In this document: positions 7,492 through 15,543 of the stretch, piece after piece
Layout of the letters: each line of letters begins with the position of its first letter
Position numbering within the stretch: the first letter of the stretch is position 1
Virus record (IMG/VR): IMGVR_UViG_3300025584_000013
Origin: a virus
DNA length: 30,276 bases
Strand: one strand, 5' to 3'
Made by a program: the position numbers and the translations under genes
Notes under the pieces: generated by a model
What the model was told of the DNA's origin: nothing
The model's database searches: none
What the model saw: only the letters and a program-made list of their open reading frames with translations

Positions 7492-7556
7492 GGGGTGGCA
7501 CCGTAATTACGTAATTGAGACGGTTGGGGTTTATTCCTTTCTCCCCCTGCCACCCC
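7492..7556 (+). ncRNA. Candidate small structured RNA with an anti-SD loop
   Basis: P1 GGGGTGGCA/TGCCACCCC encloses CCGT-AATTACGTAATT-GAG-ACGG and GGGG-TTTATTCCTTTCT-CCCC hairpins. Confidence 0.55.
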
Positions 7557-7737
7557 ACATTTACTAAAGGAATGGGTATAGGTTGGACGAGGTGGACGTT
7601 TCATAACACACCTTAACTATGGATACTACCCAGAAAAAAATAGACAGGTTGAGGGGTTACTAACTGACAACGAAGGTTTCCGTAACCCCAAAACTAATCG
7701 TGGTAAGCTAAATAATATTTTACTAAAAGGATATTAA

Positions 7738-7917
7738 ATGAAAACATATAAAGTAACAATGACGAAAATAGAAAAACAAACATTAAAAGATGCTATTGAT
7801 TATATAAAGTACTGTACTAATCAGATAGATAACGCTTCAGATGAAAAACTTGATACACTTGTACGTGATGTGAAAATCAACGGTGGTAAGCTAAATAATA
7901 TTTTATTAAGTAAGTGA
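7738..7917 (+). CDS. Hypothetical protein, 59 aa (not in track)
   Basis: AAAGGA SD; MKTYKVTMTK...GKLNNILLSK*. Confidence 0.7.
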   Translation: MKTYKVTMTKIEKQTLKDAIDYIKYCTNQIDNASDEKLDTLVRDVKINGGKLNNILLSK

Positions 7918-7935
7918 GTTAGGGTGATAGAATAA

Positions 7936-8154
7936 ATGAATACAGACAAAATAACAGAAGCAATAACAATATCATTAATGGGTATAGGATTAGTATTAAT
8001 GATAGGATTACTATATGCATATCCAGTAATGTGGCTATGGAACTGGTTAATTACAGATATATTTACACTACGTAGTATATCAGTAACAGAAGCATTAGGG
8101 CTTGTAGTATTGAGTGGCCTACTATTGAAAAGCTCAAGTTCTTCAAGTAAGTAA
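7936..8154 (+). CDS. Small membrane protein
   Basis: Two to three hydrophobic segments. Confidence 0.7.
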   Translation: MNTDKITEAITISLMGIGLVLMIGLLYAYPVMWLWNWLITDIFTLRSISVTEALGLVVLSGLLLKSSSSSSK

Positions 8155-8172
8155 GTTACACAGATAAAATAA

Positions 8173-8343
8173 ATGAATACAGACAATTTGACAGACTTCC
8201 CTGTTACAGAAAATAGAGCTACAAAAACTCTCAAATTTCTCGTCGAGAGGGGGGGGGTAGTTTGTCGTGAATGGCGGAACTATGACATAATGACAGACTC
8301 GTCAAGGTGGTTTTCATATCGAGGTCAATTTTTGGTTGTATAG
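8173..8343 (+). CDS. Hypothetical protein, 56 aa (not in track; spans a G9 tract)
   Basis: Shares 18 nt around the start codon with ORF 7936. Confidence 0.45.
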   Translation: MNTDNLTDFPVTENRATKTLKFLVERGGVVCREWRNYDIMTDSSRWFSYRGQFLVV

Positions 8344-8580
8344 AAACATGACACTATTACTCTATCTCTAACGAGATAAATAATAATATACGAGTGTAGG
8401 GGAAAGGAAATAGGTATAATGATTATATGAACTCTTATGAACGACATAAAACTCCCTATATTCGGTTGAATATTATGTGCGAAGTTTTTGTTGTTTTTGA
8501 GAATTTAGGTATATAGTTATTATCCAAGATGAATGTTGACCATCAACATTCTAAGTTATAAACCAAATAAGGAGCTCATC

Positions 8581-8658
8581 ATGAGTAAACCAAAAGAAGC
8601 ATCATTTCTTACCTACGAAGAGGCAGCTAAAGTTATCGGAATCGATCCAAAGTCAATA
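8581..8658 (+). pseudogene. N-terminal half of an excisionase/MerR-like HTH protein
   Basis: AAGGAG SD; MSKPKEASFLTYEEAAKVIGIDPKSI, with sequence unrelated to the HTH thereafter. Confidence 0.75.
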
Positions 8659-8659
8659 A

Positions 8660-8926
8660 CCACGACCTTTTATGTTTGATAAGGGATTGATAAGTCAGGT
8701 TGGTAATTTTGATTATATTGATGTTGTTTCAAAAATATACATTGATTTAATTGAAGGTGATGCTCAAGGAATTTATAATGTGGGAACTGACTTGAAAACT
8801 ATGTATGATTTAGCAAAACAAACACGAGATGATGTTGTTCCAACTAATGTAAAGTTTTTCGATACAATGCCATTAGATGTGAGTATGGATTTAACTAAAT
8901 TGGGTGAGTTTTATGATAAAAAATAA
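8660..8926 (+). pseudogene. C-terminal fragment of an RmlD-like (dTDP-sugar reductase/epimerase) gene
   Basis: PRPFMFDK...QVGNFDYIDV...GIYNVGT...MYDLA...DVSMD. No N-terminal Rossmann GxxGxxG; in-frame TAA at 8657-8659 immediately upstream. Confidence 0.7.
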
Positions 8927-10607
8927 AAAAGTGGCATTTGTTTGTGCGTTACACCAAAGTGAAACACATAGGCCGAATGGATTTGAGTTGTTTAATGATT
9001 ATTTAACATCAATATATACTTCATGTAAGTATCCATTTAAATTATTTGCTTTTGATAATGCATCTGATGATGAATTTGAGATAGAAAATTGTCCTGATAA
9101 TTTGAGTATAATTAGAATAGAGGATCAATATGTTGGTGGGTGTACATATGCATGGAATGAAGGAATTAAAATGTCAATAAAAGATGACTATGATGTTGTT
9201 ATCATAACTTCTGATGACCAGATATATGACGAGTCTGTAAATAATTTTGTTGATACAATTTTAACACATGAACTCAAAGATAATGCTATATTTGGTCCAT
9301 TGAGTAATGAACCTGGTCCTGGTCATTCCAACCAAAAATCAGATGAACCAAGTGGTAGAATTTTTGAAATTCCTGGTGATGGAACACCGGAGGGAAATTT
9401 AAATGGGTTTTGTTTGGCGATGACGAAGGAATCTATTCAAAATAACTATTTTGATTCTGATGGTAATTTCTTTAATACTGGTCAAGAATATATTTGGGGT
9501 AAACAGGATGTAGAAGTTCAGACGAGAGTTGGACATTCAATAGTTGTTGGAACTTGTTATGTTTATCATAAAAAACAGGGTGGGTGGCGTGAAATAAGAG
9601 AAGGTTTAAGAAGAAATCCCAGTAAAAATAAATTAATACCAGTTAGATATTCTAAAAAGGAAATAAATATAAATCTTTTTGAAGAATTTTTTAAAGAATG
9701 TGGAAAATATACTGGAAAAGAAAAAACGGATCTTGAAGTATCAGGAATATGGGAGAGAGTAATTTCGCGTCATACAACATCTGTTGTTAATGTGTTTGAC
9801 CATATGGAGAAAGAAAATTTAATTAAACTGAAAGAAATTTATGAAAATTATTATGCCCAAGGAGTTTCCGAAGGAGCGAGTTCTGGTAAAGCCTTATCTA
9901 ATTATCAGTATAAATTTAATAAAGCTAAAAGAAATATTGGTAGAGTTAATGATCTTCGTAAACATTTAAATTTAACGGAATCTGAACCACACGATGTCTA
10001 TAAATTATTATTTAAAAAATATAATATTCCCGATGTCATTAATGTTGGACAAACTTGGGGTTGGCAATATGGAGATAATTTTGTTCATTTTGAATTGGCA
10101 GATTATCTTTATTTTTTAGACATAATAATTAGAATTTTAGATGAATATAATTTAGATAAAACAATGTTCATAGGAGATGGTTCAGGATTATTAAGTACAT
10201 TAGTGTATAATAATTATAATATTAAGTCATCTCACCAAGTAGACCTTGGTCATTTTTTATTGAAACAATATTTAACAAACTATGGTGGTGAAGTGAAAGT
10301 GGGTTATCATTATGCTGAAAACTTTCAAGTAGATTTCATTCACGATTCACAAATATTAATTAATCAAGATTCTTTTCCTGAGATGACAACGGAATCTGTA
10401 GAAAAATATGTAGAAAATGCCATACTGAATAATGTTTCTTATATATTGTCATATAATAAGGAAGTAAAATTTGAAGGTGGTTATAAACACAGTGATTTTC
10501 GTGCATCAATTATTAAGCATGGTTATATTTCAAAGCATAGATATAATTCTGTAATCAGAGAGGGTTACGCGATTGAATTATTTGGATTAGAGAAAATAAA
10601 GGTTTAA
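8904..10607 (+). CDS. Fusion of an N-terminal GT-A/GT2-like glycosyltransferase domain and a C-terminal putative sugar O-methyltransferase (SAM-dependent)
   Basis: AFDNASDD, AWNEGI and IITSDDQ (GT2-like); FIGDGSGLL and INQDSFPEM (methyltransferase-like). ATG 8913 is an alternative start. Confidence 0.65.
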   Translation: MSFMIKNKKVAFVCALHQSETHRPNGFELFNDYLTSIYTSCKYPFKLFAFDNASDDEFEIENCPDNLSIIRIEDQYVGGCTYAWNEGIKMSIKDDYDVVIITSDDQIYDESVNNFVDTILTHELKDNAIFGPLSNEPGPGHSNQKSDEPSGRIFEIPGDGTPEGNLNGFCLAMTKESIQNNYFDSDGNFFNTGQEYIWGKQDVEVQTRVGHSIVVGTCYVYHKKQGGWREIREGLRRNPSKNKLIPVRYSKKEININLFEEFFKECGKYTGKEKTDLEVSGIWERVISRHTTSVVNVFDHMEKENLIKLKEIYENYYAQGVSEGASSGKALSNYQYKFNKAKRNIGRVNDLRKHLNLTESEPHDVYKLLFKKYNIPDVINVGQTWGWQYGDNFVHFELADYLYFLDIIIRILDEYNLDKTMFIGDGSGLLSTLVYNNYNIKSSHQVDLGHFLLKQYLTNYGGEVKVGYHYAENFQVDFIHDSQILINQDSFPEMTTESVEKYVENAILNNVSYILSYNKEVKFEGGYKHSDFRASIIKHGYISKHRYNSVIREGYAIELFGLEKIKV

Positions 10608-10608
10608 A

Positions 10609-10745
10609 ATGAAAAAAGTTTTTTTAGATTTGGGAGCGAATACCGGTCAATCGGTAGATTATTTTAGACAGACATATGAAGGCGCTTATCGATTGGATAA
10701 ATCTGTAATAGGTAGGTCAGAGACTAATGAATTTGAAATTCATTT
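10609..10745 (+). pseudogene. N-terminal fragment of a FkbM-family methyltransferase
   Basis: MKKVFLDLGANTGQSV motif I, then ...NEFEIH where the family pattern breaks off. The frame closes at TAG 10786-10788. Confidence 0.7.
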
Positions 10746-10892
10746 TCAGGATTTGCTAAGAAGCACAATATATCTCGTGGTTCTTTAGTTATTGGTGGTA
10801 GAAATCGCCGAGTTGTATCGGAAAGTGATTTCATGTCAATAGTAGAGATGAAGAACTACAATCGTGAGAATGATACTGTAGTCTGGGACTAA
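10746..10892 (+). pseudogene. C-terminal half of the HTH protein begun at 8581
   Basis: SGFAKKHNISRGSLVIGGRNRRVVSESDF...VVWD* lacks a start or SD for this segment and completes an excisionase-like fold when joined to 8581-8658. Confidence 0.7.
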
Positions 10893-10904
10893 AACCCAAC
10901 GGGA

Positions 10905-10944
10905 GTGTTGAGTGGGGTTTATCCCCACTTGACACCACTTTTTT
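10905..10944 (+). terminator. Intrinsic terminator
   Basis: 13-bp stem GTGTTGAGTGGGG/CCCCACTTGACAC followed by a T-run. Confidence 0.8.
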
Positions 10945-11021
10945 GTGTCGTTTCATAAAAAACGTTATACTTATATAAAAGAGAAAGGTTATATTAGGCC
11001 GTTAGGCCTTTCACCCACACT

Positions 11022-11240
11022 ATGAAAAAACCATTAATGACAATCGGAATAGAAGAAATTTCAGAAGAACAATATAATCACTTCTTCTATAAGTGGTTAT
11101 ACACTTATGGAGGAACATCGGATGTAAAGACTTTGCAGGAATTTATCAATGAGTATGATTCAGATGTATATGGAGATGTAGATATTTATTCTACTTCTGT
11201 ATGTCCTTGTGTTATGTGTATAGGAGAAGATATAGTATGA
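11022..11240 (+). CDS. Hypothetical protein
   Basis: 72-aa ORF with ATGA overlap to the next gene. Confidence 0.65.
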   Translation: MKKPLMTIGIEEISEEQYNHFFYKWLYTYGGTSDVKTLQEFINEYDSDVYGDVDIYSTSVCPCVMCIGEDIV

Positions 11241-11466
11241 AGTCACGAATAGAAGTTATTAAAGAGCTTGTTAAGAAGTATCCTAATGACATCAGTTAGG
11301 TAGTGCAGTTAGACGATTTTTAACAGAAGATTATTGGAATGATAGCAGTAATACTTTAAGAGTTCTTGAATATCGAGAGCTTGGAGAATTTAAAACTCTT
11401 ACATCGTATGGTCAGGATCATAAAGAGGCAGAACAAGAATGGTTAAAGAGGTTAAATAAAATATAA
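11237..11466 (+). pseudogene. Frameshifted hypothetical gene (1-nt loss near 11291)
   Basis: MKSRIEV...KYPND continues plausibly as QLGSAVRRFL...RLNKI* in the -1 frame. Confidence 0.6.
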
Positions 11467-11633
11467 TGGATACATTAGTAAAAAGGTTATCATCTATTTT
11501 AACGGCCTTGGAAGATGTAGGAAGTATAGTAATTCCACCAGAAGTTCTACTTGAGTTAAAATCTCTTATACAAGATGTAACCGTGAGTAAATGTAGTAAT
11601 GGTGTTTTTTGTCAAATGGAGAAGAAGTGGTAG
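11466..11633 (+). CDS. Hypothetical protein, 55 aa (not in track)
   Basis: TAATG coupling to the upstream frame. Confidence 0.6.
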   Translation: MDTLVKRLSSILTALEDVGSIVIPPEVLLELKSLIQDVTVSKCSNGVFCQMEKKW

Positions 11634-11684
11634 TACGTCTCGTCGCAGACGGGACGCGTATAACCGACCATAGGGATTTTTAAA

Positions 11685-12077
11685 ATGGGTAAGAAACCAG
11701 ATAATGTTGCTGACACTCCAGGTATATTACCTTATGGTAGTAATATTGGAGCACCTGCTATTACACCAACAGATATTAATAGTTGGAAAGATTTAAGAAT
11801 AGGTTCGGCTAATAAGTATTTTGAAACTCGATATGATGAGATAAAACAAGAATACATTAAGTTGATGCAGGAGTATGAATGGAATAAACTTGTCTATAAT
11901 GCCAAGTATAGTTTTCAACCTGTTGTAGGGAATACTTACTATTTATACCAACACGACAGGGGACATTTATGGTTAAGTCTTGTAGAGCCTAACCGATGGG
12001 AACAGATATTTATAGGTGCATTTAAATTGACTTCTAATGATAAGTGGGAAAGGGTAGAATGGGATACAATAAAATAA
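11685..12077 (+). CDS. DUF2452-like protein
   Basis: VYNAKYSFQPVVGNTYYLY...LSLVEP..W...GAF pattern. Confidence 0.7.
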   Translation: MGKKPDNVADTPGILPYGSNIGAPAITPTDINSWKDLRIGSANKYFETRYDEIKQEYIKLMQEYEWNKLVYNAKYSFQPVVGNTYYLYQHDRGHLWLSLVEPNRWEQIFIGAFKLTSNDKWERVEWDTIK

Positions 12078-12080
12078 CAC

Positions 12081-12109
12081 TTGACACTCTCATATATTCT
12101 TCGTAAGAT
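12081..12109 (+). promoter_or_regulatory. sigma70-like promoter (TAAGATCAA subclass)
   Basis: TTGACA-N17-TAAGAT. Confidence 0.75.
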
Positions 12110-12169
12110 CAAGGTATGAATAAAAAACCACACATCTATAATTGGATACAGGATAAGGAGAAATGATAA

Positions 12170-12694
12170 ATGATTAATTACACCGACAAGCAATATGATA
12201 TGGTTGAAGCACTATTCGATATGGTAAAAACTGTTTCGTTAAAGAATAAGAGTTCAGACTCACGATATGAATATGCTTGGAAAAGACAAATATCTAATTT
12301 GATATTTGATATTAAAGGTAATGGGTATTCTACTGGACTTGTTTCTAAGTCCGCATTAAAAACAAATAAACCTTACTATGTTAGTGACCATGTATACTCT
12401 CGTGGTACTGTAGCTGAGTATCTTATTAGTAAGTTTAAGAATAAACCATTTACATTAGAGTGGTTACAAAATAATTTTCCTAAGTTAGCTACAACTATTT
12501 TTGTTACTCAAAAAGAAAATGGTAGACTTTCATTTATAACTAGAAATATGACCTTAACACAATTAATGAAAATGGAACACTATATAGAAGCTGGTATTAA
12601 ATTAATTCATGTTCCATCTAAGAGAGTTAAGAAGTTTCCACAGTTAGTTACGGAGCAAATGGAAACACTTGTAGATAGTCATTCAATTAAATGA
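12170..12694 (+). CDS. Hypothetical protein
   Basis: AAGGAG SD; 174-aa ORF. Confidence 0.8.
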   Translation: MINYTDKQYDMVEALFDMVKTVSLKNKSSDSRYEYAWKRQISNLIFDIKGNGYSTGLVSKSALKTNKPYYVSDHVYSRGTVAEYLISKFKNKPFTLEWLQNNFPKLATTIFVTQKENGRLSFITRNMTLTQLMKMEHYIEAGIKLIHVPSKRVKKFPQLVTEQMETLVDSHSIK

Positions 12695-12891
12695 ATACAG
12701 TAGTATTAAAACGACCAATTTTAGATATGGGATTGTTATTAGAATTTGTAAACGCTGGCAATAAAGTTGTAGGCGATAAAAAACGATTTGAATTAGATGA
12801 TGAGTTTTTTGATATGATTGTTACTGAATTACAATACATGGATGAACTTGAAAAACTATTACCTGTTCCATTCCAATTGGCACAGTCATGA
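12691..12891 (+). CDS. Hypothetical protein
   Basis: ATGA overlaps on both sides. Confidence 0.7.
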   Translation: MNTVVLKRPILDMGLLLEFVNAGNKVVGDKKRFELDDEFFDMIVTELQYMDELEKLLPVPFQLAQS

Positions 12892-13394
12892 TATACTTTA
12901 CAGCGGATACCCATTTTAATCACATAAATATTATAAAGTTTTGTGATAGACCGTATGAACTAATAGATGAAATGAATGAAGCTCTAATAGAAAATTGGAA
13001 TAGTGTAGTTGGTAAGGATGATGAGATATATCATTTAGGTGATTTTGGTTGGGGTGATAATGTAGATAATTTAGATATACTTCGTAGGTTAAATGGAACT
13101 AAATATCTTGTTAAGGGAAACCACGATTGGAAACTCTTAAAGGATAAAGCAATACGTAGTGAATTTGAATGGATTAAAGATTATAACGAATTAGAATTGG
13201 ATGATAATTTTTTTGTTATGTGTCATTATCCATTTAGAACTTGGAATCGAGATCACTATGGAGCAATAAATCTATTTGGTCATTCTCATGGTAACACGGA
13301 TCCAATAGGTAATCAATTAGACGTTGGTGTGGACTTACATGAGTATAGACCGATATCGATAAACGAAGTGGTGGAGAGATTTGATGAAAAATAA
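12888..13394 (+). CDS. Calcineurin-like metallophosphoesterase
   Basis: DTH, GD, GNHD, HYP and GHSH motifs in the canonical order. Confidence 0.9.
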   Translation: MIYFTADTHFNHINIIKFCDRPYELIDEMNEALIENWNSVVGKDDEIYHLGDFGWGDNVDNLDILRRLNGTKYLVKGNHDWKLLKDKAIRSEFEWIKDYNELELDDNFFVMCHYPFRTWNRDHYGAINLFGHSHGNTDPIGNQLDVGVDLHEYRPISINEVVERFDEK

Positions 13395-13839
13395 ATTTAA
13401 AGAATACTACCAGAACAATCCAGACATTGGAATGAAGCACGATAAGATAGCTCGTGATGTATGTAAAAATAATGCCGGTAAGATAAATTCTAACATTAAA
13501 GAAATTTCAGATCATCCAGATAAATATGACATTGATTTAATAGCTACATTACAGAATGGAGATATACAGTATATAGAAGCAGAATACTCTCTATCTTGGA
13601 AGTCACACAAGTTTCCGTATGGAATGTTTAATGTACCATCCAGAAAAGAGAAGTTCTTTGTTAAGTATCCTAATTCATTATATGTTATGGTTAATTATAA
13701 TAGAACAATGATAGCTATAGTAGAAGGTGATGTTATATTACAACAACCATTAGTGGAGTTCCCCAATAGGTTTAATAAGAGTGGAGAATATTTTTATAGG
13801 ATGATACTTGATAACGTGAGATTTGAGGAACTGATATAG
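13381..13839 (+). CDS. Putative PD-(D/E)XK-fold nuclease-like protein
   Basis: YDIDLIA...YIEAE resembles a D-x(n)-E-x-E/K catalytic pattern. Confidence 0.45.
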   Translation: MMKNKFKEYYQNNPDIGMKHDKIARDVCKNNAGKINSNIKEISDHPDKYDIDLIATLQNGDIQYIEAEYSLSWKSHKFPYGMFNVPSRKEKFFVKYPNSLYVMVNYNRTMIAIVEGDVILQQPLVEFPNRFNKSGEYFYRMILDNVRFEELI

Positions 13840-13969
13840 TAAGTGTTATTAACGAGAACGAGATAGACGCGTATTAACGATTATATACGTTTTTTTAATG
13901 GTGTTTATTTTTTAAAAATAAAAGAACGTTTTCCAAAACTTCATGATATATATTACAGTAATGAGAAAT

Positions 13970-14077
13970 ATGAATAACATATCAAAACGATTTTCACCGG
14001 TACTCACCACTGAGATTCCTCGGGCATATAATTGCACAACGGAACATCAGGTTGATGCCGATTATTGGAGAACGTAG
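13970..14077 (+). CDS. Putative 35-aa peptide inside a long RNA stem
   Basis: MNNISKRFSPVLTTEIPRAYNCTTEHQVDADYWRT*; flanked by a 19-bp interrupted inverted repeat. Confidence 0.45.
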   Translation: MNNISKRFSPVLTTEIPRAYNCTTEHQVDADYWRT

Positions 14078-14120
14078 TCTCATTACTTTTAATATATAAA
14101 ATTACAATAGCATATAAAGA

Positions 14121-14159
14121 AAAGGGTGAGACTCAAAAGGTTTCACCCTTTTTGTTTTT
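14121..14159 (+). terminator. Intrinsic terminator
   Basis: AAAGGGTGAGAC/GTTTCACCCTTT followed by T-runs. Confidence 0.85.
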
Positions 14160-14174
14160 ATGAAAGAAAAAGAC

Positions 14175-14203
14175 TTGACTTTATGAATTATTGTTTGTAT
14201 TAT
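14175..14203 (+). promoter_or_regulatory. sigma70-like promoter of the tRNA array
   Basis: TTGACT-N17-TATTAT, 10 nt before tRNA-Asn. Confidence 0.85.
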
Positions 14204-14213
14204 TAAAGCATAT

Positions 14214-14284
14214 TCACCCATGATGAAATGGTATCATGTCTGATTGTTAATCAGATCTTCCTGGTTCGAATCCAGGTGGGTGAG
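14214..14284 (+). tRNA. trnN: tRNA-Asn(GTT)
   Basis: Acceptor TCACCCA/TGGGTGA; loop TTGTTAA; T-loop TTCGAAT; G73. Confidence 0.95.
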
Positions 14285-14289
14285 CAAAT

Positions 14290-14361
14290 ATCTCTATGGT
14301 GTAATTGGTAGCATTACGGATTCCAAATCCGTTAGTCTGAGTTCGAGTCTTAGTGGAGATG
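14290..14361 (+). tRNA. trnW: tRNA-Trp(CCA)
   Basis: Acceptor ATCTCTA/TGGAGAT; loop TTCCAAA; G73. Confidence 0.95.
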
Positions 14362-14369
14362 CAATATAT

Positions 14370-14440
14370 GGGCTTGTGGTGAAATGGTATCACATGAGAT
14401 TTTGAATCTCATATTATCGGTTCAACTCCGATCAGGCCTT
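14370..14440 (+). tRNA. trnQ: tRNA-Gln(TTG)
   Basis: Acceptor GGGCTTG/CAGGCCT; loop TTTTGAA; atypical U73. Confidence 0.9.
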
Positions 14441-14463
14441 CTAAAAGTTTTTTAAAATAACAC

Positions 14464-14492
14464 TTGACTTTATGAATTATTGTTTGTATATT
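14464..14492 (+). promoter_or_regulatory. sigma70-like promoter (duplicate of 14175)
   Basis: TTGACT-N17-TATATT with an identical spacer. Confidence 0.85.
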
Positions 14493-14523
14493 TAGGTGTT
14501 AATTGAAATGATGAGATAAGAAA

Positions 14524-14631
14524 ATGAAAGATAAGAGAACTAATAAAAATTACAGCCTAACTAAAGAGTTTAACAAAGCAATTAACTCCAGTTGGTATAA
14601 GAAAATAATGAAACGACTAAAGTTCGTTTGA
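14524..14631 (+). CDS. Small basic peptide, 35 aa
   Basis: MKDKRTNK...KRLKFV* directly after the promoter; weak SD. Confidence 0.4.
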   Translation: MKDKRTNKNYSLTKEFNKAINSSWYKKIMKRLKFV

Positions 14632-14665
14632 TTAAAAGTTTTTTGACAATTTGTTTACCATAAAT

Positions 14666-14737
14666 GGCCCGGTCGTCTAATGGATAGGACACTGGACTTT
14701 CACTCCAGGAACCGGAGGTCAGTACTCCGTCGGGCTA
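14666..14737 (+). tRNA. trnE: tRNA-Glu(TTC) with a non-canonical T-loop
   Basis: Acceptor GGCCCGG/TCGGGCT; loop CTTTCAC; T-arm CGGAG-GTCAGTA-CTCCG. Confidence 0.85.
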
Positions 14738-14824
14738 CAATAAAATATTATGGAGAGTAAAATACTTGAACGAAAAACTCGTTCTCCTTATATTTATTAT
14801 AGAAGATAATATAGGAGAATTGAT

Positions 14825-15400
14825 GTGTATAAATGTAAAGTAAAAAACTGTGGATATGAAACTGAAAGTCATCCACAAATAGCTAATCATTCTAAATGGG
14901 TTCATAAGAAAGATGAGCAATATACGGTATGTTCGTATTGTGATAAAAAATACCAAAAGGCAAATTTGGGGCCACATGAAAAACGATGTATGTATAATCC
15001 AGAAAATTATACTGAATGTAAAGAATGTGATACTCACATAGAAAAACACCTTACATTCTGTAATTCAAGTTGTTCAGCGAAGTATAATAACAGAGTTGGT
15101 AAGACTGGATATAGAAGGATGATAAATGATAATAATGGTATTCATCCTAATAAGATTGGAGTAAACCCACATTATAGGGAAATGTGTTTTGAGAACTATG
15201 AACCTGAATGTGTAATATGTGGATGGGATATTTCGGTTGAAGTTCACCATGTAGATAATAATCATGATAATGATGAACCAAAAAACTTAATACCACTGTG
15301 TTCTAATCATCACATAATGACACGAATGAATAAGCATAAAGAATTGATAAATGAAAAAATTAATGAAATAGTAAAAGAAAAATATGGGGCTATGGTATAA
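14825..15400 (+). CDS. HNH endonuclease with N-terminal zinc-finger motifs
   Basis: CxxC...HxxxxH fingers; CVICGW...VEVHHVDNNHDNDEPKNLIPLCSNHH HNH core. Confidence 0.85.
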   Translation: MYKCKVKNCGYETESHPQIANHSKWVHKKDEQYTVCSYCDKKYQKANLGPHEKRCMYNPENYTECKECDTHIEKHLTFCNSSCSAKYNNRVGKTGYRRMINDNNGIHPNKIGVNPHYREMCFENYEPECVICGWDISVEVHHVDNNHDNDEPKNLIPLCSNHHIMTRMNKHKELINEKINEIVKEKYGAMV

Positions 15401-15456
15401 AGCGATTACACCGCATTTGCACTGCGGAAATTAGGGTTGGATTCCCTATAGCTCCA
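15386..15456 (+). tRNA. trnA: tRNA-Ala(TGC)
   Basis: GGGGCTA/TAGCTCC with G3:U70; loop TTTGCAC; overlaps the end of the HNH ORF. Confidence 0.92.
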
Positions 15457-15464
15457 CACCATAT

Positions 15465-15538
15465 GTACAGGTGGCAGAGTGGTTTAATGCGGTGGATTGC
15501 AAATCCATTATTCATCGGTTCGAATCCGATCCTGTACT
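15465..15538 (+). tRNA. trnC: tRNA-Cys(GCA)
   Basis: GTACAGG/CCTGTAC; loop TTGCAAA; U73. Confidence 0.95.
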
Positions 15539-15543
15539 CAACA

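Noticed and set aside
7492-7556. tRNA or tmRNA at 7492
   Set aside because: It has a GGGGTGG/CCACCCC acceptor-like stem but no T-loop motif, no 7-nt anticodon loop and no tag ORF.
8249-8257. G9 tract as a phase-variation switch
   Set aside because: It lies in a weakly supported 56-aa ORF that is in frame as it stands; a single sequence gives no evidence of length variation.
8659-10745. IS element, intron or intein as the explanation for the insert
   Set aside because: There is no transposase, maturase or homing endonuclease in the insert, no terminal inverted repeats or clear target duplication, and no group I/II-like structure; the ends are mid-gene fragments.
11636-11656. Terminator at the CGTCTCGTC/GACGGGACG hairpin
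   Set aside because: The 9-bp stem is real but has no U-tract, and there is no other evidence of function.
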